A stretch of DNA of 32,000 bases from Xylanibacter ruminicola 23 (GTDB lineage: Bacteria; Bacteroidota; Bacteroidia; Bacteroidales; Bacteroidaceae). The DNA is taken from contig NC_014033.1 in assembly GCF_000025925.1 (NCBI RefSeq), positions 2,370,001 through 2,402,000 on the forward strand. The letters are read 5' to 3'. Positions 14,086 to 22,137 of this stretch are shown one piece after another (position 1 is the stretch's first letter; every line of letters begins with the position of its first letter). The position numbers and the translations under genes are program-made. Under the pieces are notes generated by a model that saw only the letters and a program-made list of their open reading frames with translations, searched no databases and was not told where the DNA came from.

Positions 14086-15750
14086 ATGTGTGGAATAGTA
14101 GGTATTTTCAACGTAAAAGAGCAGTCGCAGCAAATGCGACAGAAGGCTTTGAAGATGAGTCAGAAAATTCGCCATCGTGGTCCCGATTGGAGTGGTATCT
14201 ACTGTGGCGGCTCGGCTATCTTAGCCCACGAGCGATTAAGTATTGTTGATCCAGAGTCGGGTGGTCAGCCCCTGTTCTCGCCCGACCACAAACAGGTGCT
14301 TGCCGTTAACGGCGAGATTTACAACCATCAGGAGATACGTCGCCGCTATGCCGGTAAGTACGATTTCCAGACGGGTAGCGACTGCGAGGTAATCCTGGCC
14401 CTGTACCGCGAAAAAGGTATCGATTTCCTGGAAGACCTGAGCGGTATCTTTGCCTTTGCCCTTTACGACCAAGAAGCCGACGAATTCCTGATTGCTCGCG
14501 ACCCTATTGGCGTTATCCCACTGTACATTGGTTGCGATGCCGACGGAAAGGTGTACGTAGCCTCGGAGCTGAAAGCCCTCGAGGGCCAGTGCGAGCACTA
14601 CGAGCCTTTCTTGCCCGGCCATTACTACTGGAGTGCCGACCCAGGACAGAAGCGTTACTACAAGCGCGACTGGATGGAGTACGATGCCGTGAAGGACAAC
14701 CCCGCATCGGTAGAGGCTATCCACGACGCACTCGAAGGTGCCGTTAAGCGCCAGCTGATGAGCGACGTGCCTTACGGTGTACTGCTGTCGGGCGGACTCG
14801 ACTCGAGTGTAATCTCGGCCATCGCCGAGAAATACAGCGAGATGCGTATCGAGGACGACTCGAAAACCAAAGCCTACTGGCCCCGCCTGCACTCGTTTGC
14901 CGTAGGACTGAAGGGTGCACCCGATCTGGCCAAGGCCAAGCTGGTGGCCGACCACATCGGTACCGTTCACCACGAAATCAACTACACCATACAGGAAGGT
15001 CTGGATGCCATCCGCGACGTAATCTACTTTATCGAGACCTACGACGTGACCACCGTACGTGCCTCAACACCTATGTATCTGCTGGCGCGTGTCATCAAGT
15101 CGATGGGTATCAAGATGGTGCTGAGCGGCGAAGGTGCCGACGAGATTTTCGGTGGCTACCTGTACTTCCACAAAGCCCCAACGGCCAAGGACTTCCACGA
15201 GGAAACCGTCCGTAAACTCTCTAAGCTGCACCTCTACGACTGCCTGCGTGCCAACAAGAGTCTTTCGGCATGGGGTGTTGAGGGTCGTGTGCCATTCCTC
15301 GACAAGGAGTTCCTGGATGTGGCCATGCGCACCAACCCCGAAGCTAAGATGTGCCCAGGCAAAACCGTTGAGAAGAAGATTGTACGCGAGGCCTTTGCCG
15401 ACATGCTGCCCGAAGCCGTAGCCTGGCGCCAGAAGGAGCAGTTCAGCGATGGTGTAGGCTACTCGTGGATCGACACCCTGAAGCAGATTACATCCGAGGC
15501 CGTTACCGACGAGCAGATGGCCCACGCCGCCGAACGATTCCCAATCAACCCACCAAAAAATAAAGAGGAGTATTACTACCGCTCTATCTTTGCCGAGCAC
15601 TTCCCCAGCGATTCAGCTGCCCTGAGTGTGCCCAGCGAGGCCAGCGTAGCATGCTCTACCGCCATCGCCCTGGAATGGGACGAGGCCTTCAAGAATATGA
15701 ACGATCCTTCGGGACGTGCCGTTAAAGGCGTGCATGAGCAGGCCTATTAA
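14086..15750 (+). CDS. asnB: asparagine synthase (glutamine-hydrolysing)
   Basis: MCGIVGIF has the N-terminal Cys nucleophile, and SGGLDSS is the PP-loop. Size is 554 aa. Confidence 0.95.
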   Translation: MCGIVGIFNVKEQSQQMRQKALKMSQKIRHRGPDWSGIYCGGSAILAHERLSIVDPESGGQPLFSPDHKQVLAVNGEIYNHQEIRRRYAGKYDFQTGSDCEVILALYREKGIDFLEDLSGIFAFALYDQEADEFLIARDPIGVIPLYIGCDADGKVYVASELKALEGQCEHYEPFLPGHYYWSADPGQKRYYKRDWMEYDAVKDNPASVEAIHDALEGAVKRQLMSDVPYGVLLSGGLDSSVISAIAEKYSEMRIEDDSKTKAYWPRLHSFAVGLKGAPDLAKAKLVADHIGTVHHEINYTIQEGLDAIRDVIYFIETYDVTTVRASTPMYLLARVIKSMGIKMVLSGEGADEIFGGYLYFHKAPTAKDFHEETVRKLSKLHLYDCLRANKSLSAWGVEGRVPFLDKEFLDVAMRTNPEAKMCPGKTVEKKIVREAFADMLPEAVAWRQKEQFSDGVGYSWIDTLKQITSEAVTDEQMAHAAERFPINPPKNKEEYYYRSIFAEHFPSDSAALSVPSEASVACSTAIALEWDEAFKNMNDPSGRAVKGVHEQAY

Positions 15751-15769
15751 CGGAACGCCTTCACGTTCC

Positions 15770-15796
15770 AAAGGCGTGCATGAACAAGCATACTAA
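15770..15796 (+). repeat. relic second copy of the asnB 3' end (AAAGGCGTGCATGAACAAGCATACTAA = KGVHEQAY-stop)
   Basis: It matches 15724-15750 at 23 of 27 positions. All four differences fall at third codon positions and are synonymous. Confidence 0.85.
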
Positions 15797-15801
15797 AAAA
15801 A

Positions 15802-15835
15802 GCGGCCCTTCCTTTTCGGAGGAAGGGTCGTTTTT
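15802..15835. terminator. bidirectional rho-independent terminator (asnB / ABC ATPase gene)
   Basis: The GC-rich stem CGGCCCTTCCT / GGAGGAAGGGTCG closes a TTCG tetraloop and is flanked by AAAAAAA and TTTTT. Confidence 0.85.
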
Positions 15836-15855
15836 CTGTTATGACAATGCGGCGC

Positions 15856-16530
15856 TTACAGCGTAACCTCAGGCACTACCTGACCGTCGAGCAGGTTGAT
15901 GGTGCGCTGGGCATAACCGGCATCGCGCTCCGAGTGGGTTACCATTACCACGGTGGTACCCTCCTGATTCAGCTGGGTAAGAAGCTGCATCACCTCAAGT
16001 CCGTTCTTTGAGTCGAGGTTACCAGTGGGCTCATCGGCGAGGATAATCTTAGGATTCATCACTACGGCACGGGCGATGGCCACACGCTGTTGCTGACCTC
16101 CTGACAACTGCTGGGGGAAGTGGTGGGCACGATGACTGATGGCCATGCGGCGCAGTACCTCCTCTACCCTTGCCTTGCGTTCCTTCTTGGGCACACCCAG
16201 ATAAGTAAGAGGCAACTCTACATTCTCTTCAACATTCAATTCATCAATCAGGTTAAAGCTCTGGAACACGAAACCAATCTGGCCCTTGCGAACCTTGGTA
16301 CGCTGACTCTCCTTGAGCGAGCCCACATCCTGACCATCCAGCAGATACTGACCACTGGTAGGATTATCGAGCAAACCCAGAATGTTAAGTAAGGTTGATT
16401 TACCACAGCCCGATGGACCCATGATGGCCACGAACTCGCCTTTCTTTACTTCGAGCGATACACCGCCCAATGCAACGGTCTCCACCTCTTCGGTACGGAA
16501 CACCTTCTGAATGTTTTCTAACTTAATCAT
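15856..16530 (-). CDS. ABC transporter ATP-binding protein, MacB/LolD-type (224 aa)
   Basis: Walker [10 protein letters not shown], signature LSGGQQQR and Walker B ILADEPT are present. Confidence 0.95.
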   Translation of the reverse strand: MIKLENIQKVFRTEEVETVALGGVSLEVKKGEFVAIMGPSGCGKSTLLNILGLLDNPTSGQYLLDGQDVGSLKESQRTKVRKGQIGFVFQSFNLIDELNVEENVELPLTYLGVPKKERKARVEEVLRRMAISHRAHHFPQQLSGGQQQRVAIARAVVMNPKIILADEPTGNLDSKNGLEVMQLLTQLNQEGTTVVMVTHSERDAGYAQRTINLLDGQVVPEVTL

Positions 16531-16541
16531 AAGCTTATTGT

Positions 16542-16571
16542 ACTATTTGACTATTTACTATTTCACTATTT
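16542..16571. repeat. four copies of ACTATTT (AAATAGT on the coding strand) at 8-7-8 nt spacing
   Basis: Read directly. They fill the permease-ATPase spacer, and the last copy overlaps the permease stop codon. Confidence 0.9.
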
Positions 16572-18927
16572 ATTCGTTCTTAAGATAATCTACCGGGTTG
16601 CTGCTGGCCACACGATAACAGCCGATGCAAACTACCGAGAGGATAACCACCACTACTGCCAGGGCACAAAGACCGAAGAGTACTGGCAACAGGACAGCCT
16701 TTTCGCTGAATTGCTCTAACCACAAGCGCGACACATACCAGCCACCGATGGCACCGATAACCACTGCAGGCAAGGCCAGGCGCAGAATATCGCGGATAAA
16801 GAGCTGCAACACATCGATGATATGCGCGCCGTTCACCTTGCGCACGGCAATCTCCTTCTGTCGGCGAGCCAACTCACCAGCCAGATAACCAATCAGTCCG
16901 ATCAGGGCAATAATCAAAGCTACCATTCCACCAATCATCACGGTACTGCGGAAACGGTGGGCGTCGGTATAAAGCTGCGTCATTAACATGGTATAGGGGC
17001 GCATGACTACATCGGGATTCTCGGGAATCAGCTCGTGCAAACGCTTGTTGGCGGCATCGAGCGCACCCATATCGTGGAAACGCACGGTGATATGGTGGGT
17101 GTATCTCATGTTCTGGTCGTAGAAACAGATGCTGGGACGCGTGTCGGGATGGGTGATACTACCGATACGGGGATCGTCGAACACACCCACGATGGTGTAA
17201 GGACCTTCGTAAGAGGTACAGATTACCTGCTTGCCAACAGCCTGATCCCAACCAGCCAACTGCTTCATCTTCTCCTCGAACTTACGACTTACCATCGCCT
17301 CGCGCATGGTGTCGGTCTGCTGCGTAAAGGTACGACCAGCAATCACGGGTATGCCCATCACCTCGAAGTAATCATCGCCTACATCAAACAGGTCGGCCAC
17401 ATTCATGTATTCCTTGTCATCGCCTGGCAGGAAGATGTTATCGCCACTCTGCATCTCAGGCAGGTAGGCATAAGATGTGGTAACACCTTTCACACCCGAC
17501 AGCTTTTTGAGCTCACTAACCACCAGTCGTTTCTGTGTCAACGAGAGCTCGTCGGTATTGAGATCGGCCAGGGTTGAATAGTCGTAACCTGGATTATCGT
17601 TCACCATCAGCTGATACTGGCGACCTACCACTAGCAGTAGTACAAAGAGGAAGGTGGCCGAACCGAACTGCAATCCCAGCAACAGCATTTTCCACGCACG
17701 GTGCGAATGGTTGTAATGCTTAAAGGCGGCAGTCATGGGGATGTGGGTGTAAGCCCAACCGGGCACCAGACCTGTGATAACCAGCACCACCAGACAAGTA
17801 AGGGCGATGAACCCAATGTTATGACCTGTAGTAAGGATGACCGGTAGTGGCGTGCCCGTAAGTTCCTGGATGGTATCCTGGAAGACGAACAGCAAGCCTG
17901 CGGCCAGCGCTAACGATAACAGCAGGTGCAGCACACTCTCGATCATCACGCGACCATAGATATTTCGCACCTCGGCACCATAGCAACGGTGTACAGCCAT
18001 CTCACGAGCGCGGCGACTAATGCCACCAATCACCAGCAACAGATAGTTCATCACCGCACAGCCAATCAGCACCATGGCCAGCAACGAGATAATCCATATC
18101 ATACGACGTGTAGCATCGTCCTGTGTATGATAGTCGGCCAACGGGCGCAGCGAGTAATCGAGATCCACACCGGCCTTCTTCAGTTCGTCGGCAGGCAGGT
18201 TGTCGCGTCGCATCTTCGCAATCTGTGCTTTCAAATCGTCGGGAGTGATTCCCTCGGCCAATCGCACATAGCCAAAGTAGCGATCGTTACCCACCCAGTT
18301 GTCGCGACCATCCCAGGTTATCTGGGGCAGTGTAGGCATCGATACCAGCACCTCCAAGTCGTGCAGTCGGGTGTTCAGGGGGATATCCTCGTAGATACCG
18401 CCAATAGTGAGTGCCAGATTGCCACGCTTATTATAATACACCTTCTTACCAATCACGTCGCCCCCCAGTTTCTCGGCTATCGACTGCGGAATCATGCAGT
18501 AGTTGGGCTGACTGAGCGTTTTCTTTGGATTACCTGCCAGAATACGGTAGGGAAACACATCGAAGAAACAGCTATCGGTAAAGAAAAAATTGGTACGTAT
18601 GCGCTTATCGTCTTCGGTAACCAGTGGCAGGTCCCAACCAAAGCCTGTATAGCGGGTAGCGGCCTCAACCTGCGGGCAGTAGCGCTTCAAGCCGTGAGCG
18701 ATAGCACCCGATGTTTGTGAGTAATGCTGATATTCACCATCGCGGATGATATCCTCATAGAGCACATAGATGCGGTCGCTCGTATCGAAGTCTTTATCCC
18801 ACGACTGTTCGAAACCAGCCTTACCTATTAATACAATACCAGTAGCCAGACCAACAGCCAGACAGAGAATCTTAATCCAGTTGTGCTGACCACGCTGATT
18901 GAGAGATTTGATAACGTTCATATGCAT
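16570..18927 (-). CDS. ABC transporter permease, double FtsX/MacB_PCD type (785 aa)
   Basis: The protein has two blocks, each with a large periplasmic loop followed by FtsX-type TM helices. Start moved to ATG 18927 (MHMNVIK...) because a promoter lies inside the longer ORF. Confidence 0.85.
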   Translation of the reverse strand: MHMNVIKSLNQRGQHNWIKILCLAVGLATGIVLIGKAGFEQSWDKDFDTSDRIYVLYEDIIRDGEYQHYSQTSGAIAHGLKRYCPQVEAATRYTGFGWDLPLVTEDDKRIRTNFFFTDSCFFDVFPYRILAGNPKKTLSQPNYCMIPQSIAEKLGGDVIGKKVYYNKRGNLALTIGGIYEDIPLNTRLHDLEVLVSMPTLPQITWDGRDNWVGNDRYFGYVRLAEGITPDDLKAQIAKMRRDNLPADELKKAGVDLDYSLRPLADYHTQDDATRRMIWIISLLAMVLIGCAVMNYLLLVIGGISRRAREMAVHRCYGAEVRNIYGRVMIESVLHLLLSLALAAGLLFVFQDTIQELTGTPLPVILTTGHNIGFIALTCLVVLVITGLVPGWAYTHIPMTAAFKHYNHSHRAWKMLLLGLQFGSATFLFVLLLVVGRQYQLMVNDNPGYDYSTLADLNTDELSLTQKRLVVSELKKLSGVKGVTTSYAYLPEMQSGDNIFLPGDDKEYMNVADLFDVGDDYFEVMGIPVIAGRTFTQQTDTMREAMVSRKFEEKMKQLAGWDQAVGKQVICTSYEGPYTIVGVFDDPRIGSITHPDTRPSICFYDQNMRYTHHITVRFHDMGALDAANKRLHELIPENPDVVMRPYTMLMTQLYTDAHRFRSTVMIGGMVALIIALIGLIGYLAGELARRQKEIAVRKVNGAHIIDVLQLFIRDILRLALPAVVIGAIGGWYVSRLWLEQFSEKAVLLPVLFGLCALAVVVVILSVVCIGCYRVASSNPVDYLKNE

Positions 18928-18948
18928 TATTTGTTGATGTTTACGCTG

Positions 18949-18979
18949 CAAAGATACGGCTATTAACCAATATCTGCAA
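18949..18979 (-). promoter_or_regulatory. Bacteroidota promoter (minus): TTG, 20 nt, TATCTTTG
   Basis: Exact geometry, 21 nt upstream of ATG 18927. Confidence 0.65.
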
Positions 18980-19006
18980 GCTTTTTGCACGGCCCGTAGG
19001 CGGTAT

Positions 19007-19044
19007 GTCTAAACATTATACGGTTCACTGTATGATTTTTATAC
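19007..19044. promoter_or_regulatory. bipartite palindromic motif, copy A: GTCTAAACATTATAC-N8-GTATGATTTTTATAC
   Basis: One of three copies in the window. It lies 27 nt from the -33 TTG. Confidence 0.7.
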
Positions 19045-19056
19045 ACTTGCCACCAG

Positions 19057-21408
19057 TTACTCGGTTTTAATGCTCTCAACCGGGTTGGTACGCACGGCTT
19101 TGATAATCTGGATGCTAACCGAGAGTACAGCTACCAGCAGGGCAAAAGCACAGGTAACGGCGAATATCCATGGGCTCAAGCTGATGCGATAGCTGAAGTT
19201 GCTCAACCAGTCGGTCATCACGTACCACGACAGCGGGATAGCGATGACAAACGATACCAGCAATGGTGCACAGAAGGTGCGCAGCATGAGTGCCATCACC
19301 TCGTGCGAGGTTGAACCCATAATCTTGCGGATACCAATCTCCTTCTGTCGCTGACGGATAAAGAAAAGCGACATACCGATGAAGCCCATCACCGAAATTA
19401 CAATCGCCACAATGGTAAAGAGCGAGATAATCTTGAGCGTATTCTTTTGATCGGCGAAGGTTTCGGCGATACTCTCCTCCAGCGACTGCACAGACCATTC
19501 CATATCGGCCTCGGGCACACCTTGTTCCTTCAGCATGGCTGTGAAAGTCGCCTTGGCCTGCTTGTCGCCATTGGTCTTCACCAGGAACGAAGGATAGTTG
19601 AACGAATCCTTGAATTGGATGACAAAAGGCTCAACACCTTGCAACACATTGATACGATGGATATCGTTAAGCACACCAGCGATAGGTTTATTCCAAACAG
19701 TCTGTGTGGTGGTGTCGGTATATTCCATCTGGCGCATAGCCTCCTCCGTCAGATAGTAACCATCACTGGTTTGTCCATAGTCTTTCTTTTTCTTAAACCC
19801 ATAAAGGTCGTAGGCCGTTTTGTCAAGGTCTAATAAGTAGAGAGTCACCAATTTATCGTTACGCGTCACACTTTGCATGCTACAGCTACCAGTAGCCAGC
19901 GAGGTTTTCTCGAACCTACCTATTTTCTCCACAAAAGGCATCTTCTCCAAGAGGTTTCTCACAGTTTGATGTTTGCCATCGGGAGCGTCGATAACAAACA
20001 GATGCTCTGTGTTGTAGCCCAGCGGCGCATGAATCAGATGATTCAGTTGCAACCAGATAACGAGGGCCGACGTAAGCATCACCACGGTTACCACATTCTG
20101 CAGAATGATAAAGATCTTGCTCAGCACCATCTTGGAGCGATAGCGGAAACTGCCCTTGACGATGTCGATAGGCTGGAAACGTGAAATCTGCCACGAAGGC
20201 ATGATGCCCGAGATGATACCCACCAACAGGATGAAAGCGATGCTAACACTAACGGTACCCAGACTGATATCGCCAGCAAGGTCGATCTTGCCCTTAAACA
20301 AATCGATAGCCTCATCCTGCAAGGCAAAGGCTAAAGCCAGACCGATGGCAAACGATACAGCTACCATCAGGGTTGATTCGGCAATCAACTTCAACGAGAT
20401 ATCCTTCTGACTACTACCGAAGAGTTTTCGGGTGGCCATCTCCTTGGCACGGAAGCCTGTGTTGGCAACCGTCAGGTTGATGTAGTTGCTGATGGCAAAG
20501 AAGAGGATGGCCAGCACAGCAGCCAACAGGATGCGAAGTCGCGACTTATCACCTTTCTGCATACCGGCTCCACTATTCTGTGGCGCAAACATAATGTCTT
20601 TGAGTGACGTAAAGGTCAGCTCCGTAGCCTCCCACTTACCATAGTAATTCTTATCCAGATAATCGGCAATAACAGACTTCTTGCTATCGAGACTGGTGCC
20701 TGGGTGCAGCATGAAGAATACCTTACTAACACCATTGGGGCCATAGGCCGCTGTGTAATTCTCGAGCTGATAGCCCATCACCTGCGGATAGCGCTGCATG
20801 CTCACGATAATCTGCGTCTCGTTAGGCAGTACGGTATGATCAAAGTCCTTTGCTATCGCACTAACGGTATAGACCAGCGTACTGTCGTAAGGGTCGTCGT
20901 GCCCGATACGCACGTGGCGCTCGCCAGTAATCTGAACCGACTCACCAATGGGGTTCTTATCACCAAACAAGCGCTTAGCCAGTCGCTCTGTAATCACGCA
21001 CTTATCGGGTTTATCAAGTGCATAACGCTTGTTACCCTGCGTCAACTCATAGTCGAAGAAGTTGAAGAAAGTAGAGTCGGCCAGCATGATCGTACTCTTG
21101 TCGTCGCCATCTTCCACCACGCGGTCGCCATATTTGATTTTTCCACTCTGACTCATCACACAGCAAGTCTGCTCCACCTCAGGGCACATCGCTTTGATAT
21201 CGGTGGCAGCCTGAGGCCACATAAAGAAATTATCCTGACTACCTATCAGAACAATCTGGTCGGCATGCTTGTGCCACGAGTCGATAGTAAACTGGCGCCA
21301 GGTGTAGTCGCCCAGCAGGATGATAAACATGAGTGACACTACAAGCCCTACCACATTGATTAATGTGTAGAGCTTGTTGCGTGAGAGAAAACGGAAATAA
21401 CTCTTCAT
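19057..21408 (-). CDS. ABC transporter permease, double FtsX/MacB_PCD type (783 aa)
   Basis: MKSYFRFLSRNKLYTLINVVGL... is a typical FtsX-family N-terminus. The C-terminal FtsX block ends ...AVRTNPVESIKTE. Confidence 0.9.
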   Translation of the reverse strand: MKSYFRFLSRNKLYTLINVVGLVVSLMFIILLGDYTWRQFTIDSWHKHADQIVLIGSQDNFFMWPQAATDIKAMCPEVEQTCCVMSQSGKIKYGDRVVEDGDDKSTIMLADSTFFNFFDYELTQGNKRYALDKPDKCVITERLAKRLFGDKNPIGESVQITGERHVRIGHDDPYDSTLVYTVSAIAKDFDHTVLPNETQIIVSMQRYPQVMGYQLENYTAAYGPNGVSKVFFMLHPGTSLDSKKSVIADYLDKNYYGKWEATELTFTSLKDIMFAPQNSGAGMQKGDKSRLRILLAAVLAILFFAISNYINLTVANTGFRAKEMATRKLFGSSQKDISLKLIAESTLMVAVSFAIGLALAFALQDEAIDLFKGKIDLAGDISLGTVSVSIAFILLVGIISGIMPSWQISRFQPIDIVKGSFRYRSKMVLSKIFIILQNVVTVVMLTSALVIWLQLNHLIHAPLGYNTEHLFVIDAPDGKHQTVRNLLEKMPFVEKIGRFEKTSLATGSCSMQSVTRNDKLVTLYLLDLDKTAYDLYGFKKKKDYGQTSDGYYLTEEAMRQMEYTDTTTQTVWNKPIAGVLNDIHRINVLQGVEPFVIQFKDSFNYPSFLVKTNGDKQAKATFTAMLKEQGVPEADMEWSVQSLEESIAETFADQKNTLKIISLFTIVAIVISVMGFIGMSLFFIRQRQKEIGIRKIMGSTSHEVMALMLRTFCAPLLVSFVIAIPLSWYVMTDWLSNFSYRISLSPWIFAVTCAFALLVAVLSVSIQIIKAVRTNPVESIKTE

Positions 21409-21426
21409 TTTTTATTCTTTATTTTT

Positions 21427-21981
21427 TTATTTCTGTGTAAGATAATAATCCATGTTCAGTGTATGGCTCTCAACAGGTGCCTGCCACTCCAGTTGCAAAT
21501 CGGTTTTGCTACGCTGACGGGTGTAACAAGCCACGCTGGCGATGCTTTCATCGGGCATCAGGGTATAGGTAATCTTACCTACGGGCTCGTCGAAGTCGGC
21601 CTTCTTCTTGTTCCAGCGACTATAAGTGGCGGTGTAGAATCCGGCATCCAGCGAGTAGCTGTGGCGACCTGCGCACTGCCACTGGTTCTTGCGCCATACG
21701 TACTTAGTACGACTGGTAAGCATGCCATCGGCAGCATAGTTGTACTGGTAGCGGTAGATGGGCTTCAGGGTGAAGTTACCCTTGCGCTGGGGCTGTTCCT
21801 GATATACCACCATCGTAGCAATCTTACCATCGGCATCACGATCAGCATTGTAAACAAACTCTGCGTCGGAGGCTTGAGAGACTGTGTCGAAAATCTTATC
21901 GACTGTTGCAGATGTCATTACTTGTGCATTTGAGGTCAGAGCCATCAGGCACATCATCGAGCTAATCATAAACTTTTTCAT
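21427..21981 (-). CDS. small secreted/periplasmic protein of unknown function (184 aa), possibly DUF3836-like
   Basis: Signal peptide MKKFMISSMMCLMALTSNAQ. The Tyr-rich beta-type sequence includes YRYQYNYAADGMLTSRTKYVW. The family call is a weak recollection. Confidence 0.6.
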   Translation of the reverse strand: MKKFMISSMMCLMALTSNAQVMTSATVDKIFDTVSQASDAEFVYNADRDADGKIATMVVYQEQPQRKGNFTLKPIYRYQYNYAADGMLTSRTKYVWRKNQWQCAGRHSYSLDAGFYTATYSRWNKKKADFDEPVGKITYTLMPDESIASVACYTRQRSKTDLQLEWQAPVESHTLNMDYYLTQK

Positions 21982-22031
21982 AATCGTACTTATTTAAAAT
22001 GTTACTACTTTGTTTTTTTCTTTTCACATTG

Positions 22032-22062
22032 CAAAGTTACGATCATTTCATATTATATGCAA
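22032..22062 (-). promoter_or_regulatory. Bacteroidota promoter (minus): TTG, 20 nt, TAACTTTG
   Basis: Exact geometry, 50 nt upstream of ATG 21981. Confidence 0.65.
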
Positions 22063-22089
22063 GCTTTTTTGAGTGCCCGGAGGGCGTTC

Positions 22090-22127
22090 GTCTAATCTTT
22101 ATACACACTATCGTATGATTTATTTAC
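22090..22127. promoter_or_regulatory. bipartite palindromic motif, copy B: GTCTAATCTTTATAC-N8-GTATGATTTATTTAC
   Basis: It lies 27 nt from the -33 TTG, as in copies A and C. Confidence 0.7.
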
Positions 22128-22137
22128 ACTACCCTGA

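Noticed and set aside
18975-19000. Possible sigma-54 (-24 GG / -12 GC) promoters upstream of the efflux transcription units; GGCAC-like and TTGCA strings are seen at 18977-18995, 22059-22080 and 29548-29560.
   Set aside because: The GG-to-GC spacing does not fit the required 10 nt in any copy (15 nt in copy B, for example). The adjacent regulator lacks an AAA+ domain, and each site has a well-spaced TTG/TAnnTTTG promoter instead.
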